A DNA stretch of 64,000 bases from the human T2T-CHM13v2.0 reference genome, Homo sapiens, in the NCBI RefSeq assembly GCF_009914755.1, contig NC_060945.1. One strand, given 5' to 3'. Below the pieces are notes generated by a model that saw only the letters and a list, made by a program, of their open reading frames with translations, was not told the origin of the DNA and searched no databases. Shown in pieces: positions 47,501 through 60,127 of the stretch; position 1 is the stretch's first letter; each line of letters begins with the position of its first letter. Both the position numbers and the translations under genes were made by a program.

Positions 47501-50398
47501 CCAGGGTTGGGATTCTGTCCTGGGGCCCTTAAGCCCTCAGAGAAGTTCCATTTCAGTGGTTGAGCTTGTGGCACAGAGGACAAGCCATGTGGGTCTTTTT
47601 CCTATTTATCTCACTGACAGTTTACCTTCCAGTGGCCTGGCTTCCAGCACCAATGGCAATTACCTGGAGGAATGTCCTTAGGACAACCTGGAGGGAGATT
47701 GAGAGCTTGTAAGGTAGCCAATACTTGATCTTGCCTTTTGTCCCTGCATTTTTCCTTTTTCTTAACCCTGTTCTCCTTATTCTACTCTTGGTTATACAAG
47801 ACTGAGAAAGCTAATCTGAGGACCTCCTGCACAGGGTCACTGGGTTCTATGACTGACTTTTGTAATTTCCTCCCAGTTAATACTTAGGCCAAACAAGATT
47901 ACAAAGTAAAACTATTTTTTTGTTTTAAGGTTTGGGGAAATCAAACTTTTCCCCCCTTTGGGGGATGCATCTGTGGGGCATGTCCTATAGTATGAAGACA
48001 TAATTACCCATCTGTGAAGAGAGAACAGAAAAGAGAAAAAGAAAAAAGGAATAACAAGGTCTTCCCTCTACTTTCCTATTATCCTGAATGGGGCATCCCC
48101 CAATGTCCTTAGGCATGAACTGGTATAACTGTGTACCTTTGGTCCCATCTCATCACAACTACTCACTTAAGAATATGTACCCCTAACCTTCCCTTTATCT
48201 CTGTTCTAATGGTAATCTGTTAGCCTGGGACCACCTTTCCTCTCTGTCCTATGGGTCTCTTGTACCTGTGGCCTTGGGCCAGCCTATATCCTTATTTCCA
48301 TGACCTTATAGTGACACTTTCTTGGAATATTCCAGCAAAAAAAAAAGATACTCTCTTTTCTCAGCTTTCCATTTCCCATGTTCTTTAAGTAGAAGAGAAG
48401 CCTGTTTTTCAGCTAACTGCCCAAAGGGGAGTTATGGACTTTCCTCCATTCTCCCTTCAAATATGACCTTGAGGGTCTTGATGCATGTTGTGAAGAATGC
48501 AGAAGTAATTAGAGAAATGGAGGATACAGAAGGAAGTGGTAGGAAGCAAGAGGAATAATCATGGAAAGCCTTAATACGCTTGTAAATATAGCAGCCCTTG
48601 AATTCAAGAGAGCAATGTTTATTTTCCCTCTTGATATAAATTAAGAACCTTTGGAAGACTTAGCGCTTGGGGGAAGAACTCACAATTGGCAAAAGAAGAA
48701 TTCTCCCTCCTTCCAAATGGGTGCTAACTCAAAAAAAGTAAGTAGGTGGGATCCTTAAAGGATCAGAGTGAGGCCCTATGCAGTTAGACAAACTGCTTCA
48801 AAAGCCACTGAAAACTCGACTCTGAGGTATAACAGGAACAAAAAGTATATGGTAAGTCATAAGGAGCTGGCAGAGCTGGGGTTCCAAGTAGTGTCTGTCC
48901 TGGAAATGTGTCAGCAGACAAGGGAAGGGTTTGTGGTCATCTGAGCTAGTAGGGTAAACACAAGTATAAATCTCAGGGTATTTCTGCAAGGCAGCCTGTG
49001 TCTTTGCTGCCAGACAAATGCAGCAAGAGCCATGGGTGCACAAATAACAGGGTGTGTTTAAAAATTCATGTGGCATGTGAAGTGAAAGCAAAGAGGCAGA
49101 CTTGCCTCCAAAGCAGATAGTCCTGTGGGTGTGCAAGGCCATTTCAGAATACATGCAGAGAAAACAGGAGAATATGCTGTTTGCGTTTTTGGAAAGAGCT
49201 GATTTTAGTTGAAAAGGTAGAGGAAACCCTAGACATTGCACGGTTTTAGGCTTTAGCCCTACCTTTCTCACAAGCCTCCTGTCCAGGAGGGCCATTAGCA
49301 TCTCAGATCTACTCAGTGTAAACCCCAAGGTTATTCCCACCTCTGCAAGCTGCCAGTCAGGGTCAGCTGAGAGATCAGCCTGGTGGGTGTGTGTGAGCAG
49401 AGTCACTTATGGCCAAGAGGAATTGTTCTGGGGGTTTGTTAGTAAGCAGGAGAAAGAAGGGGAGAAGAAAACTGTGTATGGGTGTTGAACACCTCCCACC
49501 GAAGCAAGTGAGGAATAAAGATCTCTTACCATTGAAGACCATGTCGAAGTCATGGAAACAAAATATGTTAATGGCCAAACGTATTAGAGACCCATGGCAC
49601 CAAAGTATGTTAGCAGTGGAAGGTATCTGAGTCACATGGCACAAAAATATGTTCCCAGCAAAACATATCTGTGTCACGGCACCAAAGTATGTCACCAGCA
49701 GTAAATCCTTATGGGTCTACAGCAACCTCAATTCTTGCCTCTTCAGAAGAAATAATTCAAACAAGGAGGTATAAGGCAGAAGGAGAGATACAGACAAGTT
49801 TTAGAGCAGGAGTGAAAGTTTATTAGAAAGCTTTAGAACAGGAATGAAAGAAAGTAAAGTACACTTGGAAGAGGGCCAAGTGGGCGACTGGCGGGATCAA
49901 GTGTGTGGTTTGTCCTTTTGACTTGGAGTTTGATATGTTGACATGCTTCCTGGTTCTTGAGTCTCTTCTCCCTGATTCTTCCCTAGGGGTGGGCTGCCCG
50001 CATGTGCAGGGGCCTGCCAGCACTTGGGAGGTGAGCAGGCACAGCATGTTTATTGTATATGCATGCATGCTCACTTGAGGTGTCCTTCCCTAACCAGCCA
50101 AATATCCCTAGAAGGACATATACCAGTTAAACTCCACAATTTTGCCTCTTAGTGTGCATATTTGAGCCCAGTCACCCAGCTCCTGAGATCTTATTGGGAA
50201 GCTGCTGATCACCAGTCTCAGGTGTTTCTGCTTATTGGAAGACTGCCTTTCCCCGGCACTGGCTATAACCAATTATTATTTTAGAGAAACAGTATAACAG
50301 CTCCCTGACCTTCACTTGATGGTCCCCTGACATTCCTGTTTGGGACAGGGGGAAGGGGCTCTCCTACCCTGCTCATATCTAACTACCCACTTGTAAGA
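44504..50398 (-). mobile_element. ERV1 provirus of the MER4 group (MER50-like LTRs), non-coding and degenerate
   Basis: Two homologous LTRs of about 700 bp (44504-45192 and 49690-50398); polypurine tract at 45193-45203 on the minus strand; tRNA-His PBS at about 49666-49684; candidate splice donor at about 49523-49531. Confidence 0.9.
49541..49694 (-). repeat. Four tandem units of about 41 bp containing PBS(His) and the U5 end
   Basis: tatgt anchors at 49564, 49606, 49648 and 49688 (spacing 42, 42, 40), each preceded by a variant of atccgagtcacggcacca. Confidence 0.8.
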
Positions 50399-51143
50399 GC
50401 AATACAAAGAATAGATATATGGTCTTATATATACATCTTACGTACAATATCATTTCAAGCTTCTCACACTTCAAATTAAATGCTGCCATATTAACTCTAA
50501 GTAGCTTACAGTAAGTGAAAGATGCCTACTGTAATCCCTATAGTAAGCACTACAATTCACAAAATGGCATAGCCAAAAAGTCAATGGTAGAAGTAAAATG
50601 TAACACTGAAAGATTAACATAACCCAGAAGAAGGCAGAAAAGGAAGAACAGCAAAACAAAATCGGAAGAAATGAAAACACAATTACAGAAAATTAGCTAA
50701 TGGAGATTAGAAAAATTACAAATGTAACCCAACTATACTAATTATTACATTAGCTGTTGTTATATTGTCAGATTTAATAAAATAATCAAGATCCAAACAT
50801 CCTCTTTAAAAGATATGTATATTTAACATAAAGAAACAGGTAGACTAAAACAAGCAAGACCAAAAGACCTCTTTTGTTTTTTTAACTTTGTTTTAGGTTC
50901 AGGATATTTGCAGCAAATATCCTCTTTAAAGATATGTATATTTAATATAGGGCACAAATAGACTAAAACATAAAACATGGAAAAAGATATACTATCTAAA
51001 ATGTAAAAATGTAAATTGTATGAATACTGTAATATCAAAGTATGCTCCAGTACAATAAACATTACCTGAAATAAAGCGCAGCATTTCATTAAGACATAAC
51101 AATCATACATGTTTGCATACTTAATTAACAGAGCTTCAAAATA

Positions 51144-51797
51144 CAGCCATGTACTGCATAAAGTTGTTTCTGTTTTGCATACATAACGGTGGTCCCATAG
51201 CATTATAATGGAGCTCAAAAATTTATAGCCGTTGTAATGCAGTGTGATGCATTACTCACGTGCCTGTAGTGGTGCTGATGTAAATATACCTACTTTATGA
51301 TGTCAAAATGTTGTAGTAACTAAGTTGAATTTATGATTGAAGAAAAATATTTTTGATAAGTTTAGTGTAGCTGAAGTGTACAATGTGTATCTAGTCTACA
51401 GTAGAGTGCAGTGATGTGTTCGGCCTTCACATTCACTCACTAGTGCTTCATTGACTCACCCAGAGCAACTTCCAATCGTGCAAGCTCCGTTCAAGGTAAG
51501 TGCCCTATACAAGTGTACCAGTTTTTATCTTTTATACTTTATTTTTACCATACCTTTTCTCTGTTTACTTATGTTTAGATGTGCAAATATTTAACATTGT
51601 GTTATAATTGCCTACAGTATTCAGCACAGAAGCCTGCTGAGGTTTGTAACCAAGGAACAGAAGTCATACCATCTAGGCTAAGTGTGTAGTAGGCTATAGA
51701 CTTGTGTAAGTGCATTCTATGATGTTCACACAATGACAAAATCACCTAACAACGCATTGCTCATACTGTATTTCTGTGGTTAAACGATGCATGACAG
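51144..51797 (+). mobile_element. Tigger3-type (TcMar) non-autonomous DNA transposon
   Basis: TA|cagccatg...ggtggtcccatagcattataat...gcatgacag|TA; TA target sites at 51142-51143 and 51798-51799. Confidence 0.85.
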
Positions 51798-53589
51798 TAT
51801 GTAAAACGAAAACAAAAAAAGTAAAGGAAAAAATGGACAATTACAGGTTTTAATATTGAATTATCACTGACTGATAGATTAGTTAGACACAAGACCAGGA
51901 AAGATACATAGGATCTAAAACACACTATCAATGACCTTTTTCTAATTGACGTTTGTAGAACACTGAAGAATATGTCACAGTTACGAAACTTCAGAAAATG
52001 CATTATTTTCAGTTGCATATTAAACGTTCACCAAGACAGAATATATGCTGGCCCAAAATAAATCTCAAGAAATGTCAAAAATTGAAGTCATATAAGAATA
52101 TTTATTCACAGCCATAAAATTAAATTTGATACTATAACATTAAACTAGACAGAATTGTTCAAATGTTTGGAAAAATAATTAATCAAGAAAGAAATCACAA
52201 GAAAACAATTTAGAATCTCATTATAATGATAACAACACGTATCAACATTTGTGAAATGCAGGTAACATTGTGCTTAAAGGGCAATTCATAGCCGTAAATA
52301 TTTTAAGAAAATAAGAAAGGTTAACATCAGTGATATAATTTTCCATCTTAAGCAACTAGAAAAAGATAAGCAATTTATATACAGAGTAAATAGAAGGAAA
52401 GAAATTATAAAGATATGAGAAATTAAGTAGAGAATAGATAAAAATGTTTAGATTAATAAATTGATAAACCCCTAGCAAGACTGATTAAGAAAAAAAACTT
52501 ATTTATTATCAGAAATAATAAAAGGTATTACAATATGCAAATATTCATGAAAAACTCTATTCCAACAAACTTAAAGATTTTGATATGGACAAATTTTTGG
52601 AAAAATACAACATAGTAAAACTGACATAAAAAATAGAATGTCTGAATAGCTCTATACCTATTAACTAAACTGAAATTGTTATTAAAAAGCCTTTCTCCAA
52701 AGAAAAATACAAGACAATACATTGGTGAAGTATATAAAATATATGAGTATTAAATAATACTAGTACTAAGCAAAATCTAAAACATTATCTGGTTGTTCTT
52801 ATCATAAAAAGCAGGAAAAAGAAGAAGAAGAGGTGAAGGAAGAGGAAAAGGAGGTGGAGGAGTAGAAGGAGTTAATGATGCAGAAAAAGAAAATTCAATT
52901 TTTAAAAACTCAATCCAATTTACATTTTTACTCCCCTAAATTATGATTCTATTTCTATCCTTTCATTCAACATGAAACTCATTTTCTACCGTGGCCCTTG
53001 CAATTTGTGTTAAATCCTGAACAAACTAATGAAACTAATTTCTTGAGAGCACACAGATTTACCTTCTTTCTCTTCTATTTGCACAAGTTCTTTTCTCTTC
53101 CAGGACTTTTATTTCTTATCTGAATGGTTTCTGCTTAGCTACAAATTTCCAAGATTTTAGTGTTTCCATGAAATTTTAAGTGAAGAGGATACTAGGATAA
53201 AGCTCAAAAGAGATGGTAGGCTTAGAAAGGCTTTGCAATTGATATTAAAAGAACAATTGAGTAGTAATTGTCCCCATGCTTGGGTGAAGTTTTTGGCTTT
53301 TTATCTTTACCAAATTATTGCCTCCCTCTGCCACAATAAGTAAGGAACATTTAATTTAAAAAGCAAAATTTAAATAGTAGTACTACAATAAACTCATCAA
53401 TATTAACTAATTGTTTTGAACATTTACTTAACTGAACAAGATCTTTACTATAGATTGTAATAGCTATGTTTAAGAAAAGTATCTCCTAACATTAATCAAA
53501 AGATTAAAATGACTTGTTATATTTGTTACAATATAATTCTCAACTCTGGAATTTTCTATCAATAGAAAGTTCATTCTGCAAAATTATTT

Positions 53590-53912
53590 GTATTTTATTT
53601 ATTATTTATTTATTATTATTATTATTATTTGAGACTGAGTCTCACTCTCTCACCCAGACTGGAGTGCAGTGGTGCCATCTTGTCTCACTGCAATCTCCGC
53701 CTCCCGAATTCAAGCAATTCTCAAGCCTTAGCTTCCCTGGTAGCTGGGATTACAGGCACCCGCCACCATGCACGGTTAATTTTTGTATTTTTAGTAGAGA
53801 GGGGGTTTCACCAATGTGGCCAGGCTGGTCTCGAACTCCTGACCTCAAGTGATCCACCAGTCTCGGCCTCCCAAAGTGCTGGGATTACAGGTATGAGCCA
53901 CTGTGCCCGGCC
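53590..53912 (-). mobile_element. Full-length AluS (Sx-like) with TSD
   Basis: TSD tgcaaaa(t/c)tattt at 53577-53589 and 53913-53925; ctgacctcaagtgatcc. Confidence 0.93.
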
Positions 53913-54306
53913 TGCAAAACTATTTTTAATGTCATTGTAGAAGTAGCACCTTATTCATGCTAAGGAATATAGCTATACAGACATGACATGTAACTTCCAA
54001 GCTTGATTCGTGAGATTTCAAAGAAATTTAGAAAAAGTCTTCTATCTACCATATGTGCATATTCTGAGCTTCAGTGTTTTTTTTCAGTAGTATGTTTGCC
54101 AAAGGGGTCCATTATTTTCTCCCTCAGACAATGAAATATTTAGACTTATGGCTCAGTTTTGCAAGTGAAATGCTCAAGGGAACATGGACTGGGAGAGAAC
54201 AAATGAAATAATTTAATATTTACAGCACATTATTTTTGCAATAATTATTTTGGAGTCACCGATTCAATATTATCCTTTTTTATCTTGTTATTTATGCATG
54301 TAATTT

Positions 54307-54384
54307 TATTTTATTTATTTTTTTTTTTGAGACAGAGTCTGGTTCTGTCACCCAGGCAGAAGTGCAGTGGCACAATCTCAGCTC
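54307..54384 (-). mobile_element. Severely 5'-truncated Alu stub with TSD
   Basis: Poly(T) plus about 57 bp of Alu 3' end, flanked by tatgcatgtaattt and tatgtatgtgattt. Confidence 0.85.
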
Positions 54385-55513
54385 TATGTATGTGATTTAT
54401 AATAATATATCATGATTAAAAACATGTTTCAAACGTTTATTTTACAAAAGCTAGTTTTATATGCTTCCTTTGAAGTTAACATAATTGCCTTATCGCCAGT
54501 TAAGTCAATATCCTCAGATTTAATAAAAAGTTGTCAGAACATGTCCTTAAGATTTTAGTAGTTACAAAAAGTGGTATGCATGTAATAATATTATAAATTT
54601 TCCTTTGGCACAATTTCTATTTTTTAATATGCTGTAATAAATAACATATTTGTGTTATTTTCCATAAAACCAGGATAAAACACAATCAAATTATGAGTAT
54701 GAACTGAGAATCAATGAACTTCAGGAGATATTAATAGCCACATGTGCTGATTTTAGCTAATTCTATGGACTGTTACTATATACAATAAGATGTACTACAT
54801 TTCTGAAAGACTATGCTATAGCTACAACTTGAATTCTCCCAGTGAAAGATATTTCATGAAATCATGAAGAATTCTTTACACTGTTACTTTGTAAGCTCTA
54901 ATTTTAGAAGGATCCTCTTATAAAGAACCAATTTCTACCTTCCTTTTCATTTTAACTGATGGCTGGCAGTGCTATTGTCAGCAATTATGCAGCCCTTTAG
55001 TATTAGCTTCTTCATTCTAAGTGACAGCTCAAACAACATTAAAAACCATCATCTCTTTCCATAACTGCCTTGAGCTCACCAACACTTTCACACATTTATC
55101 ACAGCCACCTGTTCATGAAACACAACATTTAGTTTTTTTCCTTCAGTGTATAGTGTGTTTGTAGTTCTTTTAGCTAATCTGAATATGCTATTTCCCTTGC
55201 CCTGATTTTATGCCATCATGATTATCTCATAAAAGACTTTTTCTGTGCCAGTTGTATCATGGTCCTACAATCAATTAACAGAATGTCAAAAAAGTAACTT
55301 CATTTCTTTGTATTCCTAAATAGTCTCCTGATATAAAACAGGAAATTAAATGACCAAGTTATATTTCTTTTTCTGCTAAAATATATAAAGCAAAGCAGGG
55401 AGACAATGACTTGACTGAACTGTCTCAAACTTTGTGCTCTTTTTATGTACACAAATACAAAAAATAAATAAATACATTGTACATTTAGGAAATTTTAGAA
55501 ACTATACACTAGA

Positions 55514-55900
55514 AAAGAAAACATGGCACATATACACCATGGAATACTATGCAGCCATAAAAAAGGATGAGTTCATGTCCTTTGCAGGGACATGGATGAA
55601 GTTGGAAACCATCATTCTCAGCAAACTAACACAAGAACAGAAAACCAAACACCGCATGTTCTCACTCATAAGTGAGAGTTGAACAATGAGAACACATGGA
55701 CACAGGGAGGGAAACATCACACACCGGGGCCTGTTGGGGGATGGGGGCTAGGGGAGGGATAGCATTAGGAAAAATACCTAATGTAGATGATGGGTTGATG
55801 GGTGCAGGAAACCACCATGGCACGTGTATACCTATGTAAAAAACCTGCATGTTCTGCACGTGTATTCTAGAACTTAAAGTATAATAAATAAATTTAAAAA
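55514..55900 (+). mobile_element. L1PA7-like 3' end
   Basis: catggcacatatacaccatggaatac...gtagatgatgggttgatgggtgcag...gaacttaaagtataataaa. Confidence 0.9.
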
Positions 55901-56785
55901 TAGAATTTTAAATGTTCACTATAGAACTTGTTCTAAACATTCAATGATGTGCTTTACTGGACGATAAAATATCGGTAACTCAAATAGGCAAATTTTCATT
56001 ACCAAACTGGTAGTGTGGACAAGCCACCATAATCCATTTTAAGTTGATCTTTATAGTAAATTTGCTCAGAAAAATTAGATATACACAAATATGTCAACAG
56101 AAAAATTGATAAAAGGTTTAAAGAGATAAAAATAAATAAATGCAATAAATTATTTGGTCAACTTGAAGTCAGTTTGAATGACAATAAGCACTAAATTTGC
56201 ATATCATTATGAAAAATATTAGACAATTCGTTTTCTGTTACTGATGATTTACTGTAGTGTGATCTGTAATGAATAACTTCCTTCTGAATAGTAATTTGGC
56301 AGGCTTAAATACCTTTGAAATATTCATAGACTTAGAAACAGTAATTTGCCTCACCATGAATTTATTCTATGGGCTAATGAAATGTACCCACAAATATTTC
56401 TTTCTAGGTGTCTTCATTACGTTATTATTTGTAAAAATACTGTGTATCTCCTGAATGGTCAAAATAAGGGATAATTAAAATGTTCAATGTGTTTATTTCA
56501 TGCAGTGGATTGTACATATTCATTATACTCTACTTTCCTGAGCAATATTTCATACATTAAATAATCTCATAATTCATTTTTGATGGGAAAATTATGGGAC
56601 AGAGTAGGGCTTATATAATATTATAAAGAGTTTTAATTTTTTGTATTGCCAAAACCAGGGGAAGATACACCAAAATACTAATTTCAATGTAAGTATTATT
56701 TTTAATTTCAATATATTTGCCCCAAGAGAGGGTGAAAATTCCCAGGGACATTACAAAGATAAAGGTAAGGCTAGAATAAGTAATA

Positions 56786-57172
56786 TGTTAGGGATTTTAT
56801 TGTATTTCCCCAAATGTATGTGTTGTAGTCCTAACCCTCACTACTTCAGAAAGTGACTGTCTTTGGAGATAGGGTCTTCAAAGAGGTAAAGTTATATTAA
56901 CAATGAGGTCATTAAGGTGGGCCCTACTCCTTATGACTGATGTTTTTATGAGGGGAGAAAATTAGGACAGAGACACATATTAGAGAGGAAAGACTGTGAA
57001 AACACAGAGAGAAGGCCATTTACAAGCCAAGGGGAGAGACTCCAGGAGGGAATAACCCTGCTAACACCTTGAGTTCAGACTTCAAGCCACAAGAACTTGA
57101 GAAAATAAACTTCTGTTGTTTATGTCCCTCAGTCTTTGGTACTTTGCTATGGCAACCTTGGCAGAGTCATAT
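56786..57172 (+). mobile_element. MaLR solo LTR (MLT1A/B-like)
   Basis: gtcctaaccctc...gtgactgtctttggagataggg...gagaaaataaacttctgttgttta. Confidence 0.83.
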
Positions 57173-58734
57173 AGAACATAGTCACTAAGTAAGAAGATAA
57201 GAATGACTGGAATTTGCTAATAATGCAAACTATAAGGTCTATATGAAAGCAGAACTATCATTCACAAAACTGGGAGGACTTCACCATTACCCATTTTTCA
57301 AGACTTAATCTTTTTTCTTTCTCAGTCTTGTGACTGCTTCTCTTCCATTTGGCCTGATTGTTCTTTTGCAATGTCTCTCCTTCTTCAAAAGTTTGAGGTT
57401 TGAATATGCAACAGCTGATTCTGGACACCAAAGGTTTTTAAAATCTTGATGATGAAAAAACCAGAAAGCCTTACCACTCTGAGCTTATAAACTGCGTTTG
57501 AGATTTTTGAGGTTGACGCTTGAATTTACCTTCAGAGAAGGCAAGTTTATAGTGTTCAGATAATCACTTTAATGGGCTTTCAATTATGAAATGTTCAAGC
57601 AAAGTTCCCAATCTGGGATGCTGACTCTCCAGACACCCTGGCTCCAATAAACTAAACTATGCTACCAAATGATATAAGAGACTGACTCTTCATTCATTGT
57701 GTCTGTATATCAAGATCCCACTTAGAAATGTTTCTTTTCTAAATATGGTTTTAGACTGCACTTTTTCTAATTATATTTATTATTTCTTGGCAAATGCATT
57801 TTGTTTGTGGTCTGGTTCAAGCATTTGAACAAAGGATATTAAGAGCAAAGATGCTGTGTTATATGTGGATTCATGCTCTCTGAGAGACCATAAAGAAGAA
57901 CCAACTGGGATTTCTGAATTCTACTCCACAATCTACAATTCAAGATTCATGCCTGCTGTTATTTTTATATGGAATAACTCAGACATGGACAAATGTGGTG
58001 ACATAGAATTCATATGTTCAGATAGATTATGCTCATGAAGCCTAAGGCAGATCCAGCCTCTGTATGCAGAGAACATGGTTTTCTATAAGTGTGCTGGAAT
58101 TCTCAAGTCCAGTCGTCTAGGAAAGCATACTGTCCTGGGGAGGAAATGAACACTAGGGAGGAACTTAGACTTGACAAGGGAGGTGTACAATTTTCTCTTC
58201 CCCCTGGAGAGTTCGGGTACTGAGTTTCAGGTGGGAGAGACTCAAAAATATGCCCTGGGGAACAATAAGATGGCTTTTGTAATAAAGAGAGCCCAAACTG
58301 GGTCATAGAAGGGCTTGTGTAGCACAGGGCGGACATAATTTGCCCTTGTTCCAAGTTGTCTATGTGGTAGTTCTGTTTCCATAGGCTCATATTTACTGAG
58401 TTACACTCCTGATTCTAGAAAGGGGATTGTGCTGTCAAATAGTATTATATGCACCTAATTGCCAAAGTCCATCCATGAACAGATTTTCCTGAATAATTGA
58501 ACAGAGACCACTGACCATAAGAGACAATATGAATTGGAGAACACATGTAATGAAATCAGATTCTAGTTTGGTTTTGAAGTATAAATATATTTTTAACCTT
58601 GAACTAAGAATCTTGTACTATCTATACTTCCATTCCTAAATAAGTGTCTTGAATAAGATGATCTTTACAGTCAACTATCAGCAGCTAAATTTTCTGGTTT
58701 AGTACATCTCACTGAAATATCCGAGTCATCATTT

Positions 58735-58862
58735 TTGAACCTCAGATATTGCAGTGAGTTGTAAATGTTAAGAGAGGATCATATAGTTTTAATTCTGGGT
58801 CTAATTAAAACTATATGATCCTCTCTTAACATTTGCAACTCAGTACAATATCTGAGGTTCAA
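58735..58862. repeat. Long inverted repeat: 60-bp arms, 8-nt loop
   Basis: 58735-58794 is the reverse complement of 58803-58862 at 57 of 60 positions. Confidence 0.97.
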
Positions 58863-59264
58863 TGTAAGATTAGGAGTTTTCAGTACTTACGGACCTCAGG
58901 GGGTACACTTCATGCCTAAAATCCACGTACGCAAAGGTCAGGGAGCACAGGCAAAAGGAGAGAGAGTGTGGGGCAACTAGCAGTCTAGATGGGGGAATGG
59001 GGTGTGGGTCACCTTAAGTTTGAATGCAGGATCTGAATGGTCCATTAAAAGGAAGTGGTGGGAAATTGGGAAGCCCAGTCCACCAGGCAGGAGAGATGTC
59101 TCTAAGTTCCTATCTCTGGACACCTGCTCAAGCGATTTGAGTGTAGTATAGAACTGAAAACTTTGTCAAGGGTGACTGAGTCCTGTCTCTGTTACAAGAA
59201 GGCTAAATAAACTTGCATTTAAAACAGATGCTGAGGCAATATAATATTATGAGCTTTCACTACA
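58863..59264 (-). mobile_element. Probable ERV solo LTR (tentatively LTR47-like)
   Basis: Ends ...gagctttcactaCA (minus strand starts TGTAGTGAA...); LTR-like internal motifs. Family name is from recall only. Confidence 0.6.
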
Positions 59265-60127
59265 ACTAGGTATAACTTAGGTACTAAAGTGACTGAAAGT
59301 ATTGGTGCAAGTTCTAAAACTGAGCACTACTTCTTTGTGGTCACCATTGAAGTCATGTTGGTCTTAACACCAGGAACCCGAAAAAATGGAATTCCAAACC
59401 TTCATTTTAAAAGTAGGGGAATCAGGTCAATGGCGTGTTTTTCTTGACACCCATGGTTCTAAAGGACCCCGTTACCTCCTGGACCTTCCTAATCAGCAGT
59501 AATGTTAAAAAGTTGCAAAGAGATCGTCTGTGCATCATATCTGCCTTCCAACCTTGAGTGAAATCCCATGATTGATTAGGTAACTAATTCTCTCCTAGTG
59601 CCAAAGCTTCAAAGAAGCCTCAGAAAGAGTTTTACTTTTCTAACTTCTCCAAATGAAAGATGCAGTGCAGGTTGAGGGCCAATCCAAATATCAACAACAA
59701 ACCAAAAAAATCAAAACATTCATAATCAGCATTGTTTTAATCAAAGAAAACACTTCAGAAAAAAAAAGTCACAAAACAACATTCTTCAAATCAAAATATT
59801 TGATTTAATGAAAATATTAGTGACAAGAAACATTCAAAGAATGTGAAGTTCACTCAACTGAAATAGTTTACAATGTCTTTTGGCTTTTTTACTAGCTTTA
59901 GAGAGACTGAATTTTTTATAAAAAATAACTCTAGGAACAAATCTCAATTTCTTATTAAGTTACCTGTCATATTGATCCAAAATCTGTAAAGATATTGAGG
60001 AGTTGGCTTTTTTAAATATTAAAAAAAGAGGATTCCATGGAAATTTTTCCCTTTAAAGTTTATAACAATTGTCTATGTTTTGTCATTAATTTATTTATTA
60101 CTTGAAAATATTAAAACACTTTTATGA

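Larger units (their letters stand above)
43700..52780 (+). mobile_element. Ancient L1 (L1M-type) split by a nested ERV and a Tigger
   Basis: A-rich ORF1/ORF2-like remnants at about 43700-44500, 50400-51140 and 51800-52780 (e.g. ttgataaacccctagcaagactgattaag). Confidence 0.7.

Noticed and set aside
48798-49406. 202-aa minus-strand ORF in the ERV leader
   Set aside because: No gag, pol or env motifs are recognisable; probably a chance open frame in decayed internal sequence.
49541-49694. CRISPR-like repeat-spacer appearance
   Set aside because: Eukaryotic ERV context, degenerate repeats, spacers of only about 10 nt and no cas genes; better explained as PBS/U5 duplication.
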